Assembly (NCBI GenBank): GCA_951406725.2
Contig: OX597819.1
Span: forward strand, 25,130,001-25,192,000
DNA from: Octopus vulgaris
Taxonomy: Eukaryota
Length of the DNA stretch: 62,000 bases
Direction of reading: 5' to 3'
Part shown: piece by piece, positions 1 to 12,488 of the stretch
How the letters are laid out: the number at the start of each line of letters is the position of its first letter
Numbering within the stretch: the first letter of the stretch is position 1
Made by a program: the position numbers and the translations under genes
The notes under the pieces: model-generated
The model's database searches: none
What the model saw: only the letters and a program-made list of their open reading frames with translations
What the model was told of the DNA's origin: nothing

Positions 1-2796
1 TTTACTGGGTTGTTGTTGTTGATTAATCTCAAGCCATTCTTGAATCATTATTCAATGTATGCTTCCTTTTATTAAGGTGGTAGTGTATATTTTGAGGGAA
101 TCTTTTGTTACTACTTTTAGCATGATAAACGACCACATTGAATCCTCAAATTGATGAATTACAACCTACTGTAAGTAGCTGGTGCACATAGTTAACTATA
201 GTGCATGTCAATATCCTTTAAAAGTCTCAAGGAAGACTTTATTTAAGTCTCTCAGCCCTTTTAGAAGGCAGATAGATGACGAGCTATTGCAGTATAGATT
301 TCTAATACAGGATTGTGAAGGTATGTATAACTTTGGGGGTCAAATAGTAAATTTTTTCTTTTTTATCATTCCTTATAACAGTCCAAAAATTTGAGCAAGA
401 CCAATGGTTTTCATTAGTAGTTTTCACTCTTTAAGAAATTCCAAGAAGCAAAATCCTAACCTTCCAGCTTTTGATCTAGTTTGGTTTCTAATGTAAAATG
501 CTGTGGTGGACTATTTTAAAGGCTTTGGTGAGGCCTAAAAGTATATGTTATAATAGATTTTTGTCACTTTAGCATTAAGTTGTGCTAAAAAATGTTTTTT
601 ATAAGTAATTTCTTTCTGGGAAAGGAAGTCTGCTGGATATAATTTAATGAATTCCATATTTAAAAAAAAAAAAGAAGTTTATTATCTTTCTGCATACAAT
701 TCCCTCTAGATCTTTTGAAGAACTGATGTTAGAACTACATGTCTGTAGTTGCTTTTGTGCTTTTCTCCTGCTTTTAGGAATTAGTATTAGCATAGTGTTT
801 TTCAGCATTATTGGCAGACGACCAATGTTTAAATAATTTTGGTAGTGTGTTTTCAGGGAGTTTACAAAGTTGTTTTGCAGAATGATTTTATGAAGAAAGT
901 TGCAAGACTGCCTAGTTTTGAGCTTAGTATGCATCAAGACATCTTATTATTTTGGTGATTTTTTTTTCTTTTAGAATTGTATGTTACATCACTGTGATAA
1001 GTAGTTGACTCTTTTCATCTTTTAATCAAGAGATAAGGCAGTGCCCATGATCCAGGCCTTTAAGCAGGTGAGAGCTAGGTATCCTCAAAACCTAACACTT
1101 GACCCAAATGCTTGTTATAGATTAGTTTCTGCTAAAGGCACCCAAGGTTGCCAGATGGATGACACATTAAGTCTACCACCCAAGTAGGCCACAGCAAGAT
1201 TTGAACACAGTACACAAAGAACCAGAACAAATTCTGCAAGGCATCTAGTTTGATATTCTTTCAATTCCATCAGTCTACCATTCTGGGTCAGTACTTTTTT
1301 AATGATCCCCAAAAGAAGAAAAATAAGTTTACCTCAATAGGATTTGAACTCAAATCCTAGAGAGCCATAACAAATACTGCAAGTTATTCTATCTGACACT
1401 TTTATGACTGTCAATTTGCCACGTAAGTATCAAATATCTTTTGATGTTTAATTTGTCGCTTTCTCCTTGGTAAAGAGAAAACGCTTTCATGTTATTCTTT
1501 GAGTAGTTGACAAATACCAAAAGGGTCACCAGGTATACAAGCCATTTGGAGACTCTGAGTTGGTCAAGGTTGTAGATTGTTACCTTGTGGAAGAAAGCTT
1601 TTGTATTCATTTGACCAACCACAATGAAATCTTGTATTATTAGTCATTCCTCTTCAAAGGATCATATCAGTGCAGTGTCAATATTTTTGATTTAATCTTC
1701 TTTCGGTCGGTCTCTGCGTGAGAGCTAGATTAAAGAAATCTTTAGCAACATTTGAACTTTTCATTGTGGGTATTCACCTGTCTCCAGAAATACTGCAGCG
1801 TAATTTAGTTGAATACCTGAGAATGTAAGTTAAGTTTTCAGTCTTCCTCACTTATGAAAGTCTGTTTTCTTTCCCAGAATTAAACTGGTTCAAAATTGAT
1901 CGACTAATCTACTTTTCATACTTTATCAGTGATTGCCTTCCAGTTAGATTTAGGGGAATCAGTGTATATGTATATCTATATAATCAGTATGTGTATATTT
2001 CAGAACACTTGCTTTTCTAGGCAATGGATTTGTAATAAGAATACTAAATCTAATCAAGCTGGCAATACAGTTCATTGCTAGTAGCACTGCTATGGCTACT
2101 ACGAGTACTACAATATCACCAGTGACAGTAAAAATAATAAAGTGGTAATGAGGGAACCTTTATGTAATCGCTTGATCTGCTAGAAATAACAGCCATTTTT
2201 TAAATTCAAACCACACACAACCTTCTTAACAAAAATAAACAGAAAGACAACATTAGCCAGTGTGATCCTAGACATACAAAAGAATAGGTTGGTTGTTGCT
2301 GGAAATACCTTTGATCATAGGTTCAAATGCTTTTGTTCAATCAGGACTGATCTGGGGTTAAACAACATTAACAACAAATAACAAGTCCATAATGGATCGT
2401 CCATGTGGTTTCATGGTATGCTGGAAACAGCAGCTAAATCTCTCTCTCTCTCTCCCTGTGTTTCAACTAATACATTACTATCTTAAAAAATGGAAATGAC
2501 ACATTGCTATCTTAAAAAAAGGAAATAATGTGGTCTTGTATTTGAAGGAAAAAAGTGAGATAATTGCAGTAGGGGTCATTATTGAACTGATGTTAAACAA
2601 CAACAACAGCAACAAAGATAGCAACATTAAACATATAGTAGTCAAGATAATTTGTATTAAGCATCACTGAACTCTTTGTCTCTCTACTGAGGCTCTGTTA
2701 AAGGTAAATATATGGCTTACCATTTCATTCTTGAAGTCTGTTGAAGGTTTTGGGGTACAATTCTGTAAGTTTAGGAAATGGTAATTTATTATACAA

Positions 2797-3170
2797 CTAG
2801 CAGTATCGCCCGGCGTTGCTCGGGTTTGTAAGGGAAATAACTATATAAGCATTTTTAGAGATGTAAAGTATAATAGCCATCTCAATATGGCTAACTACAA
2901 AGTGGGGGTGGTGTTACTGTAGCTTTTTACGTTCTGAGATTTAATAATAAATTTTTAGAGAATTACTTCCCTTATATATGCCAAAAATGCATTAAAAATG
3001 TGAAAAATTGATGGTAAATTTTTTTTTAAATCGTAGACTCCTTGTAGACGCGCGCTAATACCCAGAAGGGCTCGATATGAATCACGACTATAAGATACGC
3101 GGTTTTGGTTAAACTGCACCGCAAAATGTGGGAGTAGTTAGGAATCTAAATCGTAGGAGACAGACAAAGA
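2797..3170 (-). mobile_element. Non-autonomous Helitron (family H)
   Basis: On - strand ends CCCGAGCAACGCCGGG hairpin + CTAG followed by T; body matches the other copies; part of the 5' end is missing. Confidence 0.8.
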
Positions 3171-3634
3171 TGTTTCCACCACTTGCATTCTGCGAACTAT
3201 ATGCTCTCATAGTTTCTATTTGTAACTAGATGGAATGAACCCTTGAAAGTTACAAATGGATTATTATGAAGCACTAGTAATGACTTAATAAATCACTGTC
3301 CTTGGACAGGAAAATTAACATGTTATTCATGAAGCTGATACTATCATGTAGGTACAAGAATGTTAATAAAAGATAATTAAAAGTTGAAACTCTATAATTG
3401 ATTGAAATATTTCCTGCTAATTAAAATATTCTTTATATATAATCTATAATTCTATAATCTGTCTGTGAGAGACATTTAAGGCTTCACAGTTGTTAACCTT
3501 TTAACCTGAGGCAGCTATAAACATGAATTCTAAAACTGATCAGTTTTACAACCCACGTATTTTGTATGGCTTTCAAATGTAATTGCTGAGAGGATGTAGT
3601 ATTTGACTATTGATTCATTTGTCTTGAGTTGAAA

Positions 3635-4007
3635 TCTCTCTCTATATAAATGGCAGTTTGTCTGTCTGCGTGTCTGTATGTCTGTTAGGTTGTACCCTCA
3701 CCCTGACCACGGCTTTCAACTGATTCTGATGAAACTTGACACACACATAGCCCAATGTCATACTTCAAAACTAACGCAGCGAAAATTTTGAAAAGTTCCC
3801 CCAGTTCTGAATAAAATCGATAAATTCGACATGGGGTCGAGAATCAGAAACACAAACCACAGACTGTCTAGGGGACGCAACTCGACCTTTTTAACTCTCA
3901 AAAAAAAATTTACCATCATTTTTTTCCATTTTTTGGTTATAACTCTCTAAAAATGCTTTATAGTTATTTCCCTTAGAAACCCGAGCAATGCCGGGCGATA
4001 CTGCTAG
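3635..4007 (+). mobile_element. Non-autonomous Helitron with a different 5' module
   Basis: A|TC start, 3' hairpin + CTAG|T end identical to family H; 5' half unrelated to the other copies. Confidence 0.78.
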
Positions 4008-5699
4008 TCCACTATAGGCTTTCAGTGTACTTGAACAAGACATTGAAATTTTATGTATTTTTAAAAAGAAATTGTTGTCACTTACTTTCCTTTTTCTCAA
4101 CATCTCTCTCTTGTCTTGCATCACCCTTAGTTTCCTTAGACATATCACCTTGAAAGTATTAACACATCATAGAATAAAGAGGACTCTGTAGTCTCAGATA
4201 ATAAATGGAAAACTTCACTAGTCCCAAAGTTATAGAATTTACCTACTGTATAAAATGGTTGGTGATAGATAGAACATAAATTTGTAAAAAAAATCATACT
4301 AAAGTTAAAGCATTTGAGTGAGGCATGGTCCTTTGCCCCCCTCTAGGAGGCTGGCAACTCTGAATAAGAACTGATTCAGACTGTCACAACCCATCCACCC
4401 CATTAATTATTTACTTAAGCCAGGTTTTGTTGGCTTTTGAATTATCATCAATGTTTTTGTAACTTAACATTTTTCATGTAGGGTTGGTCGGGTTGTTGAC
4501 CCTACGCAAATCCATTTTTACCTTGGAGAAGAGGTGGTCTATATTAGTCCGACTTCTATCCTTTGACCTGCCCTGAAGTATACAAACCATTACACTGCAA
4601 CAAGTACTAGATCTTGTAGTGGTGTTTAACCTATGCATCATGGAAAGTAGATGTAAAATTATGATGATGTTTATGATGACTAACAGTATCTGTGACCCTT
4701 ACCAGAACCTTCTGAGATTGGTGGGAAGAAGACAGGAAGTTATCCTCTGACTGGTGACCTGGCTTGAAATGCTTACAACTGAGTGGACTCTTCTTAAGAC
4801 AACCAAGAGCCAGGTGTTAAACTAAGTGATGGATTAAGTCTACTGCCTGTTATATGAGACAGACTAACTTCTTATCCCAAGGGATATTTATTTCTTATTT
4901 GCTTAACATCATGAAGCCAGAATTAAAACACAAGTCTTTAAAATAACCCCTTAGGGTTTATGAAACATTTATACACATTCATGTAATCTAGCTGTCAAGA
5001 ATAAAGGATTATTCTATCTGGGAAAGATTTATTTCTCATTTACTTAATAAATATTCATGAAACTGAAGCAAATCACTAGTCCCTAAGAGCTCTTTGGGGA
5101 TACTGAAAGTATTTTTATTACAATTTTATTATTAGTTGTGAAATTGGAATTGTATCAAACACCATGAAAGTCTGTGATCCAGTTTTAATACTCAATTACG
5201 CTAATACTCTTGGGAAAAGCATAACCATCATACATTGGCAGTTCCTTACAAAGACCTGACCCCTGTAAGAAATTCAATTTTGGTATTGAACTTAAACTAT
5301 AAAATATAGCTGTGAGGTTAAGAAGTTCTCTTCCCAAATGCTTGGTGGCTGAGTGGGTTTTAGTTACAAAATACTTAACACTGGGTAAGTGTTATCTACT
5401 ATTTAGTGTTGAGTTGACCAGTGACTTATGAGTGAAAATTTGGTAGACACTGTGTGTAAACCAGTGTTTATATATATGTGAATGTATGTGTCTGTCTGTC
5501 TGTCTGTATGTATGTATGTATGTATGTATGTATGTATGTATGTATGTAGTACGTATGTGTGGGTGTAGGGGGTGGGTATAAGTACACATGTGCACATGCA
5601 CTCTCGTACATTTGTGTATAATGTTTACAAAGGACTGTAGCAAATGGCAAGGTGTTGTTAGACCTGTCCAACCTATGTCAGCATGGAAAGATGGATGCT

Positions 5700-6000
5700 T
5701 GATGATATGGGTGATGATAATGATGATGATAATGATGACATTGATAATTATGATGATGATGATGATGATGATAATGATACTGACAACAATGGAAATGACA
5801 ATGAGGAAAAATAATGATAATGATGACAACAATGATGATAGAGATAGTGGGATGATTTTAATCATAATGATGGTGATGGTTATGGTAATAGTAATGGTTA
5901 GGCTGAGGGAGATTAGTGTGTGATGGAGATGGTGGCGATTGTAGCAATGGTGGAATTGGAGATGATGGTGATGATGCTGAAGGTGAAGGTGATAATAACA
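5700..6000. repeat. Degenerate (GAT)n/(GGT)n low-complexity tract
   Basis: Trinucleotide-rich tract; source of the Met/Ile-rich ORFs. Confidence 0.85.
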
Positions 6001-6028
6001 AAGAGGATATAGAAAAGGAATTTATAAG

Positions 6029-6258
6029 GCAGCGAGCTGGCAGAAACGTTAGCACACCGGGCGAAATGCTTAGCAGTATTTCATCTGCCATTATGTTCTG
6101 AGTTCAAATTCCGCCAGGGTCGACTTTGCCTTTCATCCTTTCGGGGTTGATAAATTAAGTACCAGTTACACACTGGGGTCAATGTAATCAACTTAATCCC
6201 TTTGTCTGTCCTTGTTTGTCCCCTCTATGTTTAGCCCCTTGTGGGCAATAAAGAAATA
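6029..6258 (+). mobile_element. tRNA-derived SINE, family B (about 230 bp)
   Basis: A-box-like AGCTGGCAGAAACGTTAG, B-box GAGTTCAAATTCC; flanking duplication agaaaaggaattta at 6011-6024 and 6259-6272. Confidence 0.85.
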
Positions 6259-7396
6259 AGAAAAGGAATTTACAAGATTTAATCCTACAATAATGACTCA
6301 GAGAGTATAAGTGGAAAAAAGTTTTTTGTTTTTTTCCTTTTTCAGGTAGACACACAGACTGAAATTATTATTATTATTATTATTTTTTTTTTTTTTTTTG
6401 CAGCAAGAATGTTGGGGTCACATGACTGGAATCTTTACTTTTTAAGTACATTAGAGAAATGAATGACAAGAAATTATTACGTTATGGAAGACTAGATTTA
6501 CTTATTTCTAGATATTTGGAGTTACTTACATGTGTTCCATACTTGTTAATTTTTAATGTCACTGCCCTCTGTCTCTGCTTTTGCTGTAACCTAAATGTCT
6601 TTTATGATCAAAAATAGGTATTCTTATTTTGATAGGCTCCTAGAGCATAAAAAAACCCTAGGAAAATTGAGATATATCAACTCTATCTTAACTAAACAAG
6701 AGCAACAATGAGGAATTGAACTAAATTCCAGATTCATTTCAGCAAGGACTTCCACTTACCTTTTATTATCCACTTACCTCTTATTATCATATGGAACTGA
6801 CATATCTACTTCCCTGCATACATACATACATACCTACATATATACTTACAATAGATACATGTATGCATACATATGTGTTTGTGTGTGTGTATGTATGTAT
6901 GTATATATAAAATCTTTTGTTTAATTAATATTAACAACACCTCATTATTGTCTTTGACACTGGCAGTCGTGATGTGAAAATAAAAATTTACACCAGCAAC
7001 ACCTACAATATCAAGATAAAGTAAAGCTACAAAGTATTCTAAATCTTATGAAAACAAAGCCAAAATAGCAATTACCAGAAGCCAATTACTTTATAATTAC
7101 TTCATAAAACTACTTTTGGCGTGGAACCCGTCTCAAAATCTGTTATATTCCCTAGAGAACATATGACATTTCAAAACTAAGTAACTGAAATATAATAATA
7201 ATAAAAAAAAAAACAAACAACAACAACAACTGTGATCACTTAAGTGCTGGTATTAAAACTGATGGTTTCCAGCCCATCTTGCTCTCTTTCTCGTTAATTA
7301 CTTTGATTGTTTCTTTTTCTCATCATATTTCTATTTATTTAATTTTATTCTCTTACTCATCCTGTTTCTTTTTGTGTGTTTTTTTTTAATTTCCAG

Positions 7397-7493
7397 ATCT
7401 CTTAAATAATTACAAGTTCCACCATAAAGATCTTATAGGCAATGTACCATTAACAATTGACAAAAAGAACCACCAGTTGTTGCTTGGGGCTAG
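7397..7493 (+). CDS. Sema5: Semaphorin-5-like, first exon seen in window (start of Sema domain): (D)LLNNYKFHHKDLIGNVPLTIDKKNHQLLLGAR
   Basis: ttccag acceptor, AG|gtatgt donor, 97 nt phase 1->2; LLLGAR matches the Sema-domain N-terminal motif; frame continues into the next exon. Confidence 0.88.
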
Positions 7494-7542
7494 GTATGTA
7501 CTTTCTGTTGCCATTTTGCCTTTTATATATTTTTAGTCTTTT

Positions 7543-7587
<45 letters not shown>

Positions 7588-7683
7588 GTTATTGTTATTG
7601 TTATTGTTATTATTATTGTTATTGTTATTGTTATTATTATTATTATTATTATTATCATTATTATTATTATTATTATTATTATT

Positions 7684-8249
7684 GTGTGAGAGAGCAGTTC
7701 ATGCCATCAAAGTGACTCTGGGGTAAAATATACGAAGCCCAATATACCCATCATGACTACCCGTCTGATAAGGGTACACCAGGCACATGCATCACAACCA
7801 TATGTGCGCGACATGGTTATCTCATATCAAGGTAAACAGTGCATGACCTTGCAGGTGGGGCCCAGTTAGAATTTTCTTCTGGTTGAGTAGCCCATCCCGC
7901 TCAAAAGGTCCCTGAATAAGGGTTGTTTAAGGATGTTGAAAGAACCACCCATGTTTCCAGAGGTGAATTATTCAAACCCTAAAGAATCCCTCTCAACACA
8001 TGGCTATGATGCTCCCCCACTACTTCTGCTTGTGATCAGAGATGCACATAACGTCAGCCACTGGTTAAGGTCAAATATCGTCAGCAACTGGTTACGGTCA
8101 AACAACTGACAAGCAAATCTGTGGTATTGAGCAGAATATTTGCTGTAGCCCATCTTTTATACCAAGACAAAACAATGTACATGATGACACTTCCAATCAG
8201 TTAAGATCAGAAGCCATGAGAGCCACTGCCTGGTACTGCATCAGGGCAT
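7684..8249 (-). mobile_element. (TAA)n-targeted non-LTR element, family D (about 565 bp; Dong/R4-like behaviour)
   Basis: Flanked on both sides by (ATT)n; shares the CTCTCTCACWC(AAT)n end with all other copies. Confidence 0.7.
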
Positions 8250-9003
8250 TATTATTATTATTATTATCATCATTATTATTGTTATTATTATTATTGTTAT
8301 TACATTAGTCTTTCTTGATATTTTTCAGTTAATGTCCATTTTTGCTGTTATGCATTTCTTGTTTATAGGTCTTGTGATACATAAGCTGTAGATATATTTT
8401 ATATATTTTACTGATCTGATATTAATTCTGTCATAAACCACCCTTAGCTCAAAAGACAGCACTTAACCCTCATTTTCATTTAGTTTGCTCGTTTCTCTGT
8501 TTTACATTTGTTTTTCAGTGTTAGTACAGGTTGGGTGAGGACTTATTATTGAGGCATTATTTTACAGCTGGATGCACTTCCTATCATTAACCCTTACTTG
8601 TTTTACTCAAGTTAAGAATTTGGAGGCATGTGGTTTAGTGTTTTGGGTGTTGAACACATGATCACAAGAATTTGGTTTCGAAAATATCAATATGTAATAA
8701 TTTCAGTTGACTATGGAACAGGTGTAATTGAATTACCTGCTAGATATTGCTGGTACTTAATTTAATGAATAAGCAGCATGAGAAATTGTGATGACTATGT
8801 TGAAATTTTGAACTTAAAACCCCACTTCTTGGACTGATAAAATAAAGCACCAATCTGGGTTGATATGGTTGACCATAACTTCTTATAAACATATGACCAG
8901 ATATCATTGTTGGAAATCAATTGTTATAATTATTATCATATAATGTTTAATTAAGCATTTGTAGTATAAATTGATTTTTTTTCTTTTTCTTTTTTTTTGA
9001 TAG

Positions 9004-9112
9004 AAATGGAATATTTCGGTTATCTTTGGCAAATCTCACACTCACCGAATATGCTGAATGGATGCCTTCAGAAGCAACATTGGACACATGTATTCAGAAA
9101 GGACTTCCAAAA
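9004..9112 (+). CDS. Sema5: Semaphorin-5-like exon: RNGIFRLSLANLTLTEYAEWMPSEATLDTCIQKGLPK
   Basis: poly-T + tag acceptor, gtaata donor, 109 nt phase 2->0; W...C..KG Sema motif. Confidence 0.9.
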
Positions 9113-9449
9113 GTAATAACACCTGTATATATATATAGACATATAAATATTGATACAAACTTGTGTTCACATATACATTCTTAACATTCTACACACATAC
9201 ACTTTCACAGATGTTGTACATATAGAATGACAGACAATATACACCCTACACTGTTGAATACACACTTGTGTTCTCAACATACATTCACATGTTAAATCAC
9301 ATACAAACACATATGTCAACCCACCTACAATTATACACTAAAGCATGCATGCATGCACACATACATACACACACATGCATACACACACAAACATACACAC
9401 ACATGCACACACTCTTAATGTTTATTTTCTCTATTTTTATTCTACCTAG

Positions 9450-9548
9450 GATGAGTGCCATAACTTTGTACGTGTTTTGATAATCCAACATGAACAAGTG
9501 CTGACATGTGGAACCAATGCTTATAGTCCTATGTGCTGTTGGCGAAAT
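9450..9548 (+). CDS. Sema5: Semaphorin-5-like exon: DECHNFVRVLIIQHEQVLTCGTNAYSPMCCWRN
   Basis: ctag acceptor, gtaagt donor, 99 nt phase 0->0; hallmark ECHNF and CGTNAYSP motifs. Confidence 0.96.
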
Positions 9549-9647
9549 GTAAGTCCTCTATTACTGGATTCTTCTGTCTTTATATAAACTGACCATTGTT
9601 AGTGGTCAGCCTGATTTCCTCCCCACCCCACTCTCACTTGAAATATA

Positions 9648-10160
9648 TCTTTATATATAAAAGTGAAGTTGTGTGAGTGTCTGTCCCCTTCGATTTAGAT
9701 TCCTAACTACTCCCACATTTTGCGGTGCAGTTTAACCAAATTCGGGTATCTTATAGTCGTGATTCATATCGAGCCCTTCTGGGTATTAGCGCACATCTAT
9801 GATGAGTCTACGATTTTAAAAATAATTTAACATAATTTTTTATTCCATTTTAATGCATAATTTTTCGTGTGTCGATGGCGGCGGAGTTGGCGTCCATGGT
9901 CACACCTGCACCTGTTTGCTTCTCCCCCTTCTTCCCTCCCACATGAAGCTGTGGGGAAGGGAGTGTAAGGAAATCAACGTCGTAAAGCGTTGTCAAGGAG
10001 ACCAGCGTTCTTTTAGAACAACGACTTCATGGCTTGAAGACACCAAAACAGAAATGGCTAAGAAAGCCCGAATTGGCATCTATAAGGGAAGTAACTCTCT
10101 AAAAATGCTTATATAGTTATTTCCCTTACAAACCCAAGCAACGCCGGGCGATACTGCTAG
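9648..10160 (+). mobile_element. Non-autonomous Helitron, unit 1 of a head-to-tail dimer
   Basis: A|TCTTTATATATAAAA start, hairpin + CTAG end, extra GC-rich internal segment. Confidence 0.88.
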
Positions 10161-10556
10161 TCTTTATATATAAAAGTGAAGTTGTGTGTCTGTCTCCTAC
10201 GATTTAGATTCCTAACTACTCCCACATTTTGCGGTGCAGTTTAACCAAAAGCGGGTCTCTTATAGTCGTGATTCATATCGAGCCCTTCTGGGTATTAGCG
10301 GGCGTCTACGATGAGTCTACGATTTAAAAAAAAATTTACCATCATTTTTTTCCATTTTAATGCATTTTTTCGCTATTATATAAGGGAAGTAACTCTCTAA
10401 AAATGTCTACGATGAGTCAGCGATTAAAAAAAATTTACCATAATTTTTTTCCCATTTTTAATGCATTTTTTTGCTATTTTTTTGCTATAACTCTCTAAAA
10501 ATGCTTATATAGTTATTTCCCTTACAAACCCGAGCAACACCAGGCGATACTGCTAG
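10161..10556 (+). mobile_element. Non-autonomous Helitron, unit 2 of a head-to-tail dimer
   Basis: Starts TCTTTATATATAAAA directly after the CTAG of unit 1; ends hairpin + CTAG|T. Confidence 0.88.
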
Positions 10557-10902
10557 TATAAATATATATCCATTTTGCCTAATCCTAATGTAGAGACACC
10601 TTGTCTTTGTGATAAAACCAAACTAATCTCCTTTTAGATAGTGCAGCAGCTGTAGCCACACCACTAGCTCATCATCATCATCGTCATCATCATCATCATC
10701 ATCCATATTATTTGTAATATCTTCTGTGTTAGCCTCCTTTCTGCCAGAGCTATTACTATTTTCACATCTACCAATTCTTGTCTCATTGATATCATGATCT
10801 TCACTCTCATTGTTATGACCAGCATTAGTAAGACTCCGGTTTTCCTCCTCTTCCTCCTCCTCCTCATCGTCATCATCATCATCATCATCATGGATACATA
10901 TA

Positions 10903-11314
10903 GGCGCAGGAGTGGCTGTGTGGTAAATAGCTTGCTTACCAACCTCATGGTTCCGGGTTCATTCGCACTGCGTGGCACCTTGAGTAAGTGTCTTCTACTA
11001 TAGCCTTGGGCCGACCAAAGCCTTGTGAGTGGATTTGGTAGACGGAAACTGAAAAGAAGCCCATCGTATATATGCATATATATGTGTATGTGTGTGTATG
11101 TTTGTGTGTCTGTGTTTGTCCTACCACCATTGCTTGACAACCGATGGTGGTATGTTTACGTCCCGTAACTTAGCGGTTCAGCAAAAGAGACTGATAGAAT
11201 AAGTACTGGGCTTACAAAAAAGAATAAGTCCTGGGGTCGATTTACTCGACTAGAAGGCGGTGCTCCAGCATAGGCGCAGTCAAATGACTGAAACAAGTAA
11301 AAGAGTAAAGAGTA
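10903..11314 (+). mobile_element. tRNA-derived SINE, family A (about 410 bp, internal (TA)n(TG)n, (AAGAGTA)n tail)
   Basis: GGCGCAGGAGTGGCTGTGTGG A-box region, GGTTC B-box, many copies in window. Confidence 0.88.
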
Positions 11315-11785
11315 TAAGCCAGAGAAAGATCTGGTTTGTGCCTCAGCTTAATCTATAAAGCACCCAATTGCCACTCAGCTCATTTAATACTTTCTTTAAA
11401 ACAGAGACTATGTTTTTCAAGTTTTAAAACATTATCCTCATCATTTTACATCTACCTTTCATATTGGCATAGTTGGGTAGGTATGCTTCTGCCCAACATC
11501 TCACCACTTGTTATGGTTCTGTAGCATCTCTTTTGCGGAGGCACATAGCTTAGTGGTTAGGGTGTTGGTCTTGAGAGAAGATCATTTAACTTTTTACTTA
11601 TCATCCCTTTTGGTGTGATCCAGCATTCTGAGATCTGGCTTTTCCATTTACTCCAGCACATTATTTGTATTTGCTTTTCCTCTCCCATAGGCTCCTAACA
11701 CTTGCTTCATATAATATGTTTTCTTCTGCTAAATCATCATCAAAAGCAATAAAGGTTTATTTTTAAATGAAGTTTAGCCAAAATA

Positions 11786-12195
11786 GGCGCAGGAGTGGCT
11801 GTGTGGTAAGTAGCTTGCTAACCAACCACATGGTTCCGGGTTCAGTCCCACTGCATGGCATCTTGGGCAAGTGTCTTCTGCTATAGCCCCGGGCCGACCA
11901 GTGCCTTGTGAGTGGATTTGGTAGACGGAAACTGAAAGAAGCCTGTCGTATATATGTATATATATGTATGTGTGTGTATGTGTTTGTGTGTCTGTGTTTG
12001 TCCCCCTAGCATTGCTTGACAACCGATGCTGGTGTGTTTACGTCCCCGTAACTTAGTGGTTCGGCAAAAGAGACCGATAGAATAAGTACTGGGCTTACAA
12101 AGAATAAGTCCCGGGGTCGATTTGCTTGACTAAAAGGCGGTGCTCCAGCATGGCCGCAGTCAAATGACTGAAACAAGTAAAAGAGTAAAAGAGTA
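11786..12195 (+). mobile_element. SINE family A
   Basis: Full-length copy. Confidence 0.88.
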
Positions 12196-12488
12196 AAACC
12201 AGTATATCAAGTATTATATATCTACATATCATATCTGGAGTTGAAACTTAAGAGTCACTCTTAACTGATTTGTTACTTGTGTAAATCTAAGAGAAGCTGC
12301 TCAAAGACCAATAATATCAACCAGAGTAACATTGCTATTATTAGTTAACAGGGACCTTGACTTTTATGATCTACTCACTTGAAAAAGCTGTCAGCTCTTC
12401 CTACTTCATGTTCTACTGCAAGAATTTTTAACAGGTAGGCTGGCTGTTCAGGTTTTCTTGAACCCTTCTCAGTGGGCTTCGGCTCATA

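Noticed and set aside
182-320. ORF 182-394 with an in-phase donor (GAAG|gtatgt) that could feed the 7397 exon
   Set aside because: GTG start, no signal-peptide character and no semaphorin-like residues; the true first coding exon is probably upstream of the window.
8170-8249. Possible HDV-like ribozyme at the 5' end of family D
   Set aside because: A P3/L3-like piece (GGC-TCTCATG-GCT) exists but there is no P1 partner and no room for P4 and J4/2.
9113-9118. Weak donor GTAATA
   Set aside because: It is still a GT donor that keeps the frame exactly; no alternative site is needed.
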